Shown piece by piece: positions 40,234 through 50,105 of a stretch of 64,000 bases of DNA. A program made the translations under genes and the position numbers. The notes beneath the pieces were generated by a model, which was not told where the DNA came from, did not search any database, and saw only the letters and a program-made list of their open reading frames with translations. Numbering within the stretch: position 1 is the first letter of the stretch; the number at the start of each line of letters is the position of its first letter. This stretch comes from Polyangiaceae bacterium (GTDB taxonomy: Bacteria; Myxococcota_A; Polyangia; Polyangiales; Polyangiaceae), in contig DASVWO010000297.1 in assembly GCA_036393165.1 (NCBI GenBank), forward strand, positions 510 through 64,509. The letters are read 5' to 3'.

Positions 40234-40926
40234 TCAGAACTCTTCGTCGCTCGGCGTCTCGGTGAACCGGTACCCGACGCCACGTACCGTCTCGACGTAG
40301 CGGCCGACTCCCTTGAGCTTCTCGCGCAGACGCTTCACGTGCGTGTCCACGGTGCGCGTCGTGATGTCCGCCTCGATGCCCCAGATGTCGTTGAGGAGCA
40401 CCGACCGCGTCTGCACGCGGTTCTTGCGCTCGTAGAGCGTGACGAGCAGCTTGAACTCGAGCGTCGTGAGCATCACTTCCTGCCCGCCGACCCACGCGCG
40501 GTGCGCCGCCGGATCGATGCGCAGGTCGCCGAACTCGATGAAGCCGGTGGCCGGCGTCTCCGTGCGTCGCATGACGGCCGCGACGCGAAGGAGCAGCTCG
40601 CGCACGCTGAAGGGCTTGACCACGTAGTCGTCGGCCCCGAGCTCGAAGCCGACCACGCGGTCGATCTCCTCGCCCTTCGCGGTCACCATGATGACCTTGA
40701 TGTCGCGCGTCGCCGGATCCTTCTTGAGCGTCTTGCAGACCGCCGTGCCCGTCGTGTCGGGCAGCATCAGATCGAGGAGGATCAGGTCCGGCTGGTGCTC
40801 GCGCGCCAGCCTCAGGCCCTCGGTCCCCGTGGCCACGAGGGTGACCCGGTGGCCTTCCTTCGTGAGGTTGTACTCGAGGACTTCGCGAAGATCCGCCTCG
40901 TCTTCGATCACCAGCACCCGCGCCAT
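40234..40926 (-). CDS. OmpR/PhoB-family response regulator (orphan, no kinase adjacent)
   Basis: Inner ATG of ORF 40234..40956. MARVLVIEDEADLREVL...DLILLDLMLPD...DDYVVKPFSVRELLLRV. Winged-helix VDTHVKRLREKL...VRGVGYRF. Confidence 0.9.
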   Translation of the reverse strand: MARVLVIEDEADLREVLEYNLTKEGHRVTLVATGTEGLRLAREHQPDLILLDLMLPDTTGTAVCKTLKKDPATRDIKVIMVTAKGEEIDRVVGFELGADDYVVKPFSVRELLLRVAAVMRRTETPATGFIEFGDLRIDPAAHRAWVGGQEVMLTTLEFKLLVTLYERKNRVQTRSVLLNDIWGIEADITTRTVDTHVKRLREKLKGVGRYVETVRGVGYRFTETPSDEEF

Positions 40927-41000
40927 GGCCCTCTGTTTAAGACAAAACGGACGCAAAGGCTCGACGATCGTGTAGCGGTTGTGTGACGTCTCGTCTCGCC

Positions 41001-41423
41001 ATGGTGGATTCCATCGTCGTTCGATCCGGAGTGCTGGTGCCCGAAGAGGCCATGGAGTTCCACGCCGTTCGCGCGGGCGGCCCCGGAGGCCAGAACGTCA
41101 ACAAGGTCGCCAGCAAGGTGGAGCTCCGTGTGTCGCTCGATCGCATCGTGGGTCTGGACCCTGATGCGCGCGCACGTCTTCGCTCCCTGTGCGCCGGGCG
41201 TCTCGATGCGGACGGGCGCCTCGTCGTCACGAGCCAGCTGACGCGAGACCAGCGCAAGAACCTGGATGATGCGCGCGACAAGATCCGGGGGCTCGTCGCG
41301 CAGGCTCTGTTCCGTCCCAAGAAGCGACGCGCCACCCGTCCCACACGTGGCTCGGTGGAGCGACGCCTGTCGGACAAGAAGCGTCGCAGCATGAAGAAGT
41401 CGGACCGGCGCGGCGATCACTGA
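41001..41423 (+). CDS. arfB: alternative ribosome-rescue factor ArfB (peptidyl-tRNA hydrolase, GGQ motif)
   Basis: ORF 40983..41423. AVRAGGPGGQNVNKVASKVELR and a basic C-terminal tail KKRRATRPTRGSVERRLSDKKRRS, as in YaeJ/ArfB. Confidence 0.85.
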   Translation: MVDSIVVRSGVLVPEEAMEFHAVRAGGPGGQNVNKVASKVELRVSLDRIVGLDPDARARLRSLCAGRLDADGRLVVTSQLTRDQRKNLDDARDKIRGLVAQALFRPKKRRATRPTRGSVERRLSDKKRRSMKKSDRRGDH

Positions 41424-41466
41424 CGCGCCACGCGGCACGCTGGTTGCTCGATGGAGGGCAGCCGTC

Positions 41467-43224
41467 GTGCTTCGCTTGCTTTCCGTCGCCGGCACCGCCG
41501 TCGCCCTCGCTGCGTGCAGCGGCTGGCATCCCCGCTCGCAGGTGGACTTCGCGGTGGTCCCACCGATCGACGGCACCGCGCTGCGCTATCGCGTTCACTC
41601 GCTGCGCGGCGACTGGACGCGCGAGTTCATGGTGAATCGCGAGTCCTTCGCGGAGCTTCGCACCATCGCCGGGCGGCAGTACGCGATCGGCCTGCTCGGC
41701 ACCCATACGTGGATGCGGGTGGGAAACCGCGCCCCCGTCGAGGTCGACGGCGATCTCGCCGCCGACGAGCGACGAGAGGCGGCATGGATCGGCATGCGCT
41801 TCGCCGAGCCGCAGCCGGGCGAGCACATGGAGCTCGAATCCTGCGCCAAGGAGGTGTGCACGTTCGTGTACACGCCTCGCGACGGCCACGCCTTGTGGGT
41901 GGACGTGGACCGCGGGACGCGGCGCCCCCGCTCCTTCGACTGGGTGACGCAGAACGACGCGATCGAGAGCTGCGACGACGTGACCTGGAGCGAACGCGAC
42001 GGGGTGCTCGCCGTCGCGTCGGCCACGTGCAGCGCCATCGTGAACGACGTCGGGCGCGAGACGACGACGTGGACGCTCGAGGAGCGCACCCCCGCGCCGC
42101 TCGCGCCCGAGTGGGCGCGCGTCGATCCCGACGAGATCGTCCCGCTTCCGGAGCTGCGCGATGCCGCTCGCTTCCCGATCGCCGATCCGTCGATGCGCGT
42201 GTACGTGCCCGTGGAAGCCGGAGGCAGCGATCGCGCGCAGCTCGTGCTCGACACGGGCTCGCCGGTGACGGTGCTCTCGCGGCGCTTCATCGACGCGATC
42301 GGCGTCGTCCCCTCCCCCGATCCGCCGATGCACGTGCACCCGCCGTGGCTCCCCGAGGACACGTACGACACCGCGCTCGTCGATCGCCTCGTCATGGGCG
42401 ACGTGGAGCTGCACGGTGTGCAGGTGCTCGTGCCGCGCAACGACACGCCGTTCGACGACGACGAGGCGGGGCTTCTCGGCATGGACGTGATGCGGCGGTT
42501 CGTCGTCGACGTGGACGGCCCGGCGAGCGAGCTTCGCATCTGGGCGCGCGATCGCTTTCCTGCGGCGGACGGCGCGTTCGCCGACATCCCCTTCTGGGGC
42601 GCATCGCACAGGCGCGTCGTCGTCGCTGGCGACGTCGACGAGGTCGGCGCCATCCCCATGCTCCTCGACACGGGGGCTCCCTTGAACATCGTCGTGGGCG
42701 GACCGGCGATGCACGCCGCGCATCCGCGCAGCCGCGACGACGACGCCGTGCTGCGCGAGGACGGGAGCGCCTCCGACTACGCCACCGAGGTGAACGGCTT
42801 CCACCTCGGCCCCTTCGGCTTCGGCCGCACGCCGGTGTACGCCCACGATCGCGTGCCCGATCTCTCCTTCCTCGACGACGACAGCGCCCTCGTGGGCCTC
42901 GGCGTCATGCGGCACTTCCGCCTCGCCTTCGACGCCGGCCGCGGCGTGGTGCACGCCGCCCCCGGGCCGAGCTACGTCGTGCTCTCGCGCCTGGGGATCG
43001 AGATCGACGAGCGCGCGGGCCAGCCGGTCGTCACGCGCATCGTGGACGGCGAGCGTTCGTGGAACCAGCCGCTGCGCGTCGGCGACGTCGTGCGGCGCGT
43101 GGACGGTCGCGCCGTGTACTCGCGCAACGAAGCTCTGTCGGCCGTCGCGAGCGCGAGCCGCGCCGTGCGCCTCACGGTGGAGCGCCAGGGCAACCGCATC
43201 ACGCGCACCCTCGCGCTCTACTGA
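41467..43224 (+). CDS. lipoprotein with two retropepsin-like aspartyl-protease lobes (two DTG motifs) and a C-terminal PDZ domain
   Basis: ORF 585 aa (GTG start). MLRLLSVAGTAVALAAC lipobox. LVLDTGSPVTVL and MLLDTGAPLNIV. C-terminal VTRIVDGERSWNQPLRVGDVVRRVDGRAV (PDZ-like). Confidence 0.7.
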   Translation: MLRLLSVAGTAVALAACSGWHPRSQVDFAVVPPIDGTALRYRVHSLRGDWTREFMVNRESFAELRTIAGRQYAIGLLGTHTWMRVGNRAPVEVDGDLAADERREAAWIGMRFAEPQPGEHMELESCAKEVCTFVYTPRDGHALWVDVDRGTRRPRSFDWVTQNDAIESCDDVTWSERDGVLAVASATCSAIVNDVGRETTTWTLEERTPAPLAPEWARVDPDEIVPLPELRDAARFPIADPSMRVYVPVEAGGSDRAQLVLDTGSPVTVLSRRFIDAIGVVPSPDPPMHVHPPWLPEDTYDTALVDRLVMGDVELHGVQVLVPRNDTPFDDDEAGLLGMDVMRRFVVDVDGPASELRIWARDRFPAADGAFADIPFWGASHRRVVVAGDVDEVGAIPMLLDTGAPLNIVVGGPAMHAAHPRSRDDDAVLREDGSASDYATEVNGFHLGPFGFGRTPVYAHDRVPDLSFLDDDSALVGLGVMRHFRLAFDAGRGVVHAAPGPSYVVLSRLGIEIDERAGQPVVTRIVDGERSWNQPLRVGDVVRRVDGRAVYSRNEALSAVASASRAVRLTVERQGNRITRTLALY

Positions 43225-44699
43225 GCCTGCAGCGCCACGACGACCGCTCCAGCCGTCCCGTAGTTGAGCACGTAGAGCCGATCGCCCACGAGCACCGGAT
43301 CGAACGCCCCTGTCAGCGAGTAGTTCCCGAGCTGCATCCCGCTCGTCAGCGAGAGGACCGCGATGCCCATGCTCCCGGTGACGACAAGCGTGTTGCTCGA
43401 GGTCGCCGCCGCCAGCGTCGTCGGCGCGAGGCTCGCCATGGGCTCCTGCGCCTGCGGGCAGGAGAGGAAGTCCACCGTGTTCTGGTCGTACCCGTGCTGC
43501 CCGGCTCCCTGCACCATGGTCGACCACGCCGCCTTGCCGGTCATCGCATCGAACGCGAGGACGTGGTCGCTCGTCGCGACGATCACGAGCCCGGCGGCTT
43601 GCACCGGAGGCGACGTGCTGACGGCCTGCGCCATCGCCTGAATCGGCGCAGACCAGGCGATGCTTCCGTCCGTCTCGCTGCGCGCCACGAGCGCCGGCCC
43701 CGGCTCGATGCCGTAGACGTGCCCGTCCCCCGCGCTGATGGCGCTGTTCGGCGTGGACGGGACCGACCACTTCTTGGTGCCGCTCGCCGCATCGAACGCG
43801 TACAGGCCCGAGGGGAACATGAACGTCACTCCCGCGTCGGCGGGCTCCAGTCCACCCTGCGGCGCGCCCACCTCGTAACGGGGCGCGAAGTACAGGACGG
43901 TCCCGTCCACGGCGAGCCCGCCGTTCTCGTCGCCGATGGCCGGCTGACACGCGCCCTGCTGGTTCGCCTTCCACGCCATCTGCCCCTTGGTCTGATCCCA
44001 CGCCCCCACGAAGGCGCCCGGACCGTCGCCGTGGGTGACATCCACGACGTAGAAGCGGCTCGTGTCCGCCGCCGTCTGTCCCCACCAGTCGACGCCGCTC
44101 GTGTGCGCGAGCCCACCGTCGCCGACGTCGACCTGGTAGACGCCGTCGTCCTGGATCATCACGTAGCCCAGGCCGACGGAGAGCCAGTTGCCGTTGTCGA
44201 AGTCGGCGCCGCCGTGATAGCGCCAGGTCCGCGCACCTGTCGCGGCGGACACCTTGTCCGCGCTGGGCACGGTCCCGAGCTGCATGTGCACGTAGAGCGA
44301 TGTCGTGTCTGCCACCTCGTTCGCCGGCACCCCCGCGAAGCCCCCGTCCGGCGAGGGTGGCGGATAGCGCCACAGCTCCTTGAAGGAGGTGTGGATGCAG
44401 GCGCTCGAGGCGGACGTGCGTCGCGCGTCGTGCCCGTAGGTGCTCCACGCATCCGGGTTCGCCGGCGGTCCGTGACAGGGAGGAGGAGGTCCGGCCTCCG
44501 CCTCGGCGGTGCCCGAATCTCCGGCCTCGGACGCTCCGTCGACCGGCGCGATCCCGTCGACCATCTCCGGCCCGTCATCACTCATCGGGCCGCCCTCTGC
44601 GCTCCCCTGGTTGCTCGACGTGGTGCCGCATCCGGCGTCGACACCGGCGACGAGCACCACGACACCCCCGAGGATCGACGCGACCAGAAGGCGTTGCAT
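43218..44699 (-). CDS. PQQ-like (BamB-like) beta-propeller repeat lipoprotein
   Basis: ORF 493 aa. MQRLLVASILGGVVVLVAGVDAGC lipobox. Recurrent W/G-rich beta-propeller blades (G.VY....DG.L.A.DA.TG...W). Confidence 0.65.
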   Translation of the reverse strand: MQRLLVASILGGVVVLVAGVDAGCGTTSSNQGSAEGGPMSDDGPEMVDGIAPVDGASEAGDSGTAEAEAGPPPPCHGPPANPDAWSTYGHDARRTSASSACIHTSFKELWRYPPPSPDGGFAGVPANEVADTTSLYVHMQLGTVPSADKVSAATGARTWRYHGGADFDNGNWLSVGLGYVMIQDDGVYQVDVGDGGLAHTSGVDWWGQTAADTSRFYVVDVTHGDGPGAFVGAWDQTKGQMAWKANQQGACQPAIGDENGGLAVDGTVLYFAPRYEVGAPQGGLEPADAGVTFMFPSGLYAFDAASGTKKWSVPSTPNSAISAGDGHVYGIEPGPALVARSETDGSIAWSAPIQAMAQAVSTSPPVQAAGLVIVATSDHVLAFDAMTGKAAWSTMVQGAGQHGYDQNTVDFLSCPQAQEPMASLAPTTLAAATSSNTLVVTGSMGIAVLSLTSGMQLGNYSLTGAFDPVLVGDRLYVLNYGTAGAVVVALQAQ

Positions 44700-44756
44700 G
44701 GGTCCTCATGGTACGCCCCCTGCGCCGGGGGTAACCTGAAGCCTGTGGTACCCCGG

Positions 44757-45254
44757 GTGTTGAGCGCACTGCTCCTGGGCTCCTCGCTCTTCGCCCTCGC
44801 TCCCGGGGCCTCGGCGGCCGAGAGGGGGAAGATCGACGTCGACGTCGTGAACGCCGACGTCCGAAACGTGCTCCGCCTCTTCGCAGACGTGGGCCACGTG
44901 AACCTCGTCCTCGGCGACGACGTCTCGGGCATGGTCACAGTTCGATTCGTGAACGTGCCGTGGGAGATCGCGATGCGCTCGGTCCTGTCCGTGAAGGGCC
45001 TCGCGATGGAGCGCACGGGGAACATCATTCGTGTGCAGAAGGCCGAGGCTTTCGCGAAGGAAAGGGCAGCGCGCCTGTCGGCCCACGAGCTCTGTGTCGC
45101 GACTGCACCGCTTCAGACCCAGATCATTCGCCTCTCGTATGCTGATCCCGAGCAGGTTGCAGCCATGATCCGGCCCACGTTGACCAAGCGTGGAAGCGTG
45201 ATCGTGGACACACGAACGAACACCCTCCTCATCATCGACGTGCACTGCGACTGA
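44757..45254 (+). CDS. secretin N-terminal fragment (PilQ/GspD-like N0-N1 domains only; the C-terminal secretin pore domain is missing)
   Basis: Last ~165 codons of ORF 41451..45254. Signal LSALLLGSSLFALAPGASA. IDVDVVNADVRNVLRLFADVGHVNLVLGDDVSGMVTVRFVNVPWEIAMRSVLSVKGL...GNIIRV and IIRLSYADPEQVAAMIRP...GSVIVDTRTNTLLIID, then a stop. Start could be GTG 44745, GTG 44757 or TTG 44760. Confidence 0.7.
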   Translation: MLSALLLGSSLFALAPGASAAERGKIDVDVVNADVRNVLRLFADVGHVNLVLGDDVSGMVTVRFVNVPWEIAMRSVLSVKGLAMERTGNIIRVQKAEAFAKERAARLSAHELCVATAPLQTQIIRLSYADPEQVAAMIRPTLTKRGSVIVDTRTNTLLIIDVHCD

Positions 45255-45260
45255 CTCTGC

Positions 45261-45657
45261 GGCGCGGATGATCCGACGGCCTGGCGCACGACTGGCGCTG
45301 GCGCCTGCGGGATGATCCGGTCGCGTGGCGCATACGCCTTCACAGGCACGATGGCTGACGTGAAATGGTGGCGCCCGTACACCGGCGATGCCCTGGTTTG
45401 CGCACGATGACTGGCGCAGTTGGATCGCATCATCGTCGCTTCCCCCTTCAATCTCTGTCGCAGAGTGACCCAACCCCACGGCCTCTTCGCTTCTCATCTG
45501 GCGCACTTGGTTGGCTCCAGTGGCGCAGTACGTCGCGACTGGAGCGCCACGATGCGAAGCACGATGGGCCGGATCGACATCCCTCCCCGGGTCACTTCAG
45601 CCGATGTGCGCCACGATGTAGCCGATGTGGCGCAGGATAAACGGGGTGTCTGCGCCA
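45261..45657. promoter_or_regulatory. array of TGGCGCA/TGCGCCA heptamers and CACGATG motifs in a lower-GC non-coding island
   Basis: Exact TGGCGCA at 45282, 45326, 45412, 45499, 45521 and 45628. Exact complement TGCGCCA at 45607 and 45651. One-mismatch copies at 45293, 45299, 45369, 45398 and 45543. Five CACGATG. Imperfect 28-nt direct repeat 45261-45288 / 45305-45332. Confidence 0.6.
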
Positions 45658-45714
45658 GAGTGCGTGACATCCACGGGTCCTGGTGCTTCGCTGTGAGCCA
45701 CAGGAGAGGGACAA

Positions 45715-46266
45715 GTGAGCCTCGTTCGCATCCTGAAGGACCCGGCGCTGCTCGTGCACGCGCAGCAGGCGCTCGGGTGCAGCCAGGAACAGCTGGGAAG
45801 TGTGGCAGGCGTCTCGCGTCGCACCGTCACGCGATGGATCTCGGACGGCTCGTGCCCCAACATCGTCGAGTGGGCTCACATCGCCAGGGCCGTCTACCCG
45901 AAGGATCGTGCGCTGTGCGAGAGGATCGCCAAAGCGATGGGCGAGTCCCTGATCACCCTGGGGCTCGAGGCTCCTGCGCCTCCTCCTCCACCTCCCACGC
46001 CGGTGCTCCTAAATCCGACGCCTCCCGGACCTCCTCCCCGGCCCTTCCCACCCACGAACGATCTCGTGGACTCCATCGTGTGTGCCGCGGCGGAGGCGAT
46101 CGGATCGCCGCCTGGATCCATGCGTCCGGCGCTCATCGCCGCGTTCGATCGCACGGCGTCCCTGGGTCTCGACGTGGAGGAGGTCCGCTCCGGACTGCGA
46201 AGGACGCGGGAACCTACGGCGAGGCAGCGCTCTCGGACCGGGAGGCTCCCGGGTCGATCCCGCTGA
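45715..46266 (+). CDS. Xre/Cro-like HTH transcriptional regulator with Pro-rich linker and unknown C-terminal domain
   Basis: ORF 183 aa. GTG start with GGAGAGGG 5 nt upstream. HTH CSQEQLGSVAGVSRRTVTRWISDG. The 3' end overlaps the convergent P450 gene by 53 nt. Confidence 0.65.
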   Translation: MSLVRILKDPALLVHAQQALGCSQEQLGSVAGVSRRTVTRWISDGSCPNIVEWAHIARAVYPKDRALCERIAKAMGESLITLGLEAPAPPPPPPTPVLLNPTPPGPPPRPFPPTNDLVDSIVCAAAEAIGSPPGSMRPALIAAFDRTASLGLDVEEVRSGLRRTREPTARQRSRTGRLPGRSR

Positions 46267-47641
46267 CCACCCGCGGACGACGCGCGGGACCCTCGACGAT
46301 CACCTCGGTGCCTCCCTTGGGCACGATGGTGAACCCGCGGAGGGAGACCTCTGCAGGCGCGTTGTGCCGCTTGCGCATCGCGATCCGGGTGATCACCGTC
46401 GCGAGCACGATGCGCAGCTCGTAGAGCGAGAACGTCATCCCCAGGCAGCGGCGGGCGCCGCCGCCGAACGGGTACCAGGCGTAAGGATCCGGCTTGGTGT
46501 CGACGAAGCGCTCCGGCTTGAACGCATCCGGCTCGGGGTAGACCGACGCCAGGCGGTGCGTGAGGAAGGACACGGGAACCAGGAGCTCGCCGGCGGGGAT
46601 CTCCCACCGACCGAGCTTCACCGGCTTGCTGATCCTCCGGCCCACGGCGGGGACGACCGGACGGAGGCGCAGCACCTCCTTGATCACCGCGTCGAGGTAG
46701 GGCAACGGCTTCTCCGCATCCGACGCCTCGATCTCGCGGCGCACCTTCGCCTCCACCCGCGCGTCACCCAGGATGAAGTCGAAGCTCCAGCAGAGCATCG
46801 TCGCGGTGGTCTCGTGCCCGGCGACGAGCAGCGTGACCAGCTCGTCGCGGATCTCGCCGTCGGTCATCGGCTGCCCCTGCTCGTCGCGCGCCTCGAGCAG
46901 CATCGAGAGCACGTCGTTGCGCGGTGGCTCGCCGCGCGCCCGCTCGCTGCGTCGCCGGTCGATCTGCCTGTGGATGAGCGAGTCGGCGTGCGCCAGGTCG
47001 CGCAGGAAGCCGTCCCACGGGGACAGACCGAAGAAGCGCTTGCGCAGCGGCGGCATCGTGAAGAGCGCCGACATCGCCGACGACTGCCGATCGAGGATGC
47101 GCGTGAGCGCGTCGCGAAGGTCGCTCAGCTGGCTGCCCTCGTCCACGCCGAAGACGGTGCGCAGGATCACCTCGAGGGTGATGCGCTGCATGTGCGGGTG
47201 CAGCGAGAACGGCTTGCCGCGCGGCCACGCGTCGACGACGCGCTCGGTGACCTCGCGCATGATGCGTCCCCACGCAGCGACGCGCTCACCGTGGAACGGA
47301 GGGAGCAGCAGCTTGCGCTGGCGCACGTGCTCGGCGCCGTCGAGGAGGAGCACCGACCGCGACCCGAGAAGCGGGCGCAGGATGTCGTTCGCCTCCCCGG
47401 CGCGCATGACGTCGGGATCGCCCGTGAAGATCTGGCGCACGAGATCGGGGTTCGCGATCTCGACCTCGCGTCCCACGAGGAACGTGTCCACGGTGAACAC
47501 GTCGCCGTAGCGGCGCGCGCAGCCGTCGAGGAACTCCACGGGGCGCGTGAGGAAGAGCGCCGTCTGAACTGCCTTGGGAAGCGGGGGGCCGGGCGGGAGC
47601 CGCATACCCATGAGGCTTGGGGTCGAACGGCGCGCCGTCAA
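46214..47641 (-). CDS. cytochrome P450
   Basis: ORF 475 aa. Heme-ligand loop FGGGARRCLGMTF. The conserved I-helix (oxygen-binding) segment AGHETTA. EVLRLRP (ExxR). Confidence 0.9.
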   Translation of the reverse strand: MTARRSTPSLMGMRLPPGPPLPKAVQTALFLTRPVEFLDGCARRYGDVFTVDTFLVGREVEIANPDLVRQIFTGDPDVMRAGEANDILRPLLGSRSVLLLDGAEHVRQRKLLLPPFHGERVAAWGRIMREVTERVVDAWPRGKPFSLHPHMQRITLEVILRTVFGVDEGSQLSDLRDALTRILDRQSSAMSALFTMPPLRKRFFGLSPWDGFLRDLAHADSLIHRQIDRRRSERARGEPPRNDVLSMLLEARDEQGQPMTDGEIRDELVTLLVAGHETTATMLCWSFDFILGDARVEAKVRREIEASDAEKPLPYLDAVIKEVLRLRPVVPAVGRRISKPVKLGRWEIPAGELLVPVSFLTHRLASVYPEPDAFKPERFVDTKPDPYAWYPFGGGARRCLGMTFSLYELRIVLATVITRIAMRKRHNAPAEVSLRGFTIVPKGGTEVIVEGPARRPRVVSGIDPGASRSESAASP

Positions 47642-47659
47642 GGCGCCCGTGAGCAGGCG

Positions 47660-47842
47660 CTACCTGGGGGGCAACATCAGGTCGAAGACGATGGAGTCCA
47701 GCGTCGGCCGCGAGGGCGGCGGCACGGGGTCGACCAGGGTCGTCCGCTCCTCCTCGTCGACGATCGTGTCGGCTGCCTCCCGCCCCCCGAGGATGGAGTG
47801 GATGACGAACTCCTTGATGGTCGGCGGTCGCTGGAGGCCCAT
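47660..47842 (-). CDS. small hypothetical protein (60 aa; 67 aa if ATG 47863 is used) directly upstream of the P450
   Basis: C-terminal part of ORF 47660..48292. MGLQRPPTIKEFVIHSILGGREAADTIVDEEERTTLVDPVPPPSRPTLDSIVFDLMLPPR. Strong G/C third-position bias. AAGGGGGG about 10 nt upstream of ATG 47842. Stop lies 18 nt before the P450 start. Confidence 0.5.
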   Translation of the reverse strand: MGLQRPPTIKEFVIHSILGGREAADTIVDEEERTTLVDPVPPPSRPTLDSIVFDLMLPPR

Positions 47843-48347
47843 GACGCTGAATCCCCCTTGCATCGCCGGGGCCGCCCAACCTGCACCAATGATTGCGCGC
47901 ACATGGCCGAAGAGGTCCGGGGGCTCTCCCCCTCCCCCGCGCGGCGTAGCGCCCCCTATCTGCGTCCGGGCACGCAACTGACGCCGCCGCCAGCCGATGA
48001 GGGGGCAGAGGGACGAACGATGTTTGCCTTGCGCATGACCATGAGACTCCACGGCCCCGTCGACATCCTCGAAAGGGATCTCGAGGAGGCCACCACCCCC
48101 GCGGCACGGGCCCGCATCCTCTGGAAGCTGGCGTTGAGCCACGATCCGGGGGTGATCACGACCCTGGCGCCCTACCTCGCAGGCGCAGAGTGCGAACGGG
48201 TCGCGGCCCTGAGGGGCATCCTGCACTTCGGAGAGGACGCGCGCGCTCCCATGCTCGACATCCTCGCGGACCCGAGACGGCGAGAGCTCCACGCAGGCGC
48301 CCTGCGCGTTCTCGCGGCCATCGTCCGCGCATGGCGCCCTGATCGCC

Positions 48348-49613
<1,266 letters not shown>

Positions 49614-49674
49614 CGGCCGGTGGCCTAGCACGCCCGCTCCTCGTCCGAGTCACGCTCCGGCGGCTCCCTCGCGT

Positions 49675-50049
49675 TCAGCTCGCTCGGGGGGCGTGGAGGC
49701 CGACGGCGTTGCCCTCGGTGTCGACCACGATGGCGAACGAACCGTGCTCACCGATGTCCGTCTTGGGGACGGCGACCTTGCCTCCGGCGCTCTGCACGCG
49801 GGCGATGCACCCGTCGAGATCGCGGCCGGCATCGAGGTAGACCAGCGTTCCCTGGCCCCACGGCTGGCGCTTGCCGTCGCTGACGAGAGCGCCGGAGACG
49901 GCCTTCTCGTCGTTGCCGGCGAAGATGGCGTGGGGGACGCCGCCGAAGACCTCGCGCTTCAGCGGGCGGGCGAGGACCGTCTCCCAGAAACGGGTGGCGC
50001 GGTCCATGTCACGGGCGGGGATCTCGAACCAGTTGATGGCGTGGCTCAT
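49675..50049 (-). CDS. VOC-family (glyoxalase/bleomycin-resistance fold) protein
   Basis: Last 124 codons of ORF 49675..51303. MSHAINWFEIPARDMDRATRFWETVL...GEHGSFAIVVDTEGNAVGLH. Confidence 0.75.
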   Translation of the reverse strand: MSHAINWFEIPARDMDRATRFWETVLARPLKREVFGGVPHAIFAGNDEKAVSGALVSDGKRQPWGQGTLVYLDAGRDLDGCIARVQSAGGKVAVPKTDIGEHGSFAIVVDTEGNAVGLHAPRAS

Positions 50050-50105
50050 GGTGGTGCAGCTCCTTTCGAGAGAGCACCCTAAGGCCGAGCTGCGACAGCC
50101 TTCTG

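Noticed and set aside
41451-45254. A 1267-aa ORF ending in the secretin fragment
   Set aside because: Only the last ~165 codons have secretin N-domain sequence and a signal peptide. The upstream part overlaps two well-supported genes in other frames or strands.
44757-45254. Type IV pilus or type II secretion gene cluster
   Set aside because: No pilM/N/O/P, gsp, ATPase or pilin genes are adjacent, and the secretin itself lacks its pore domain.
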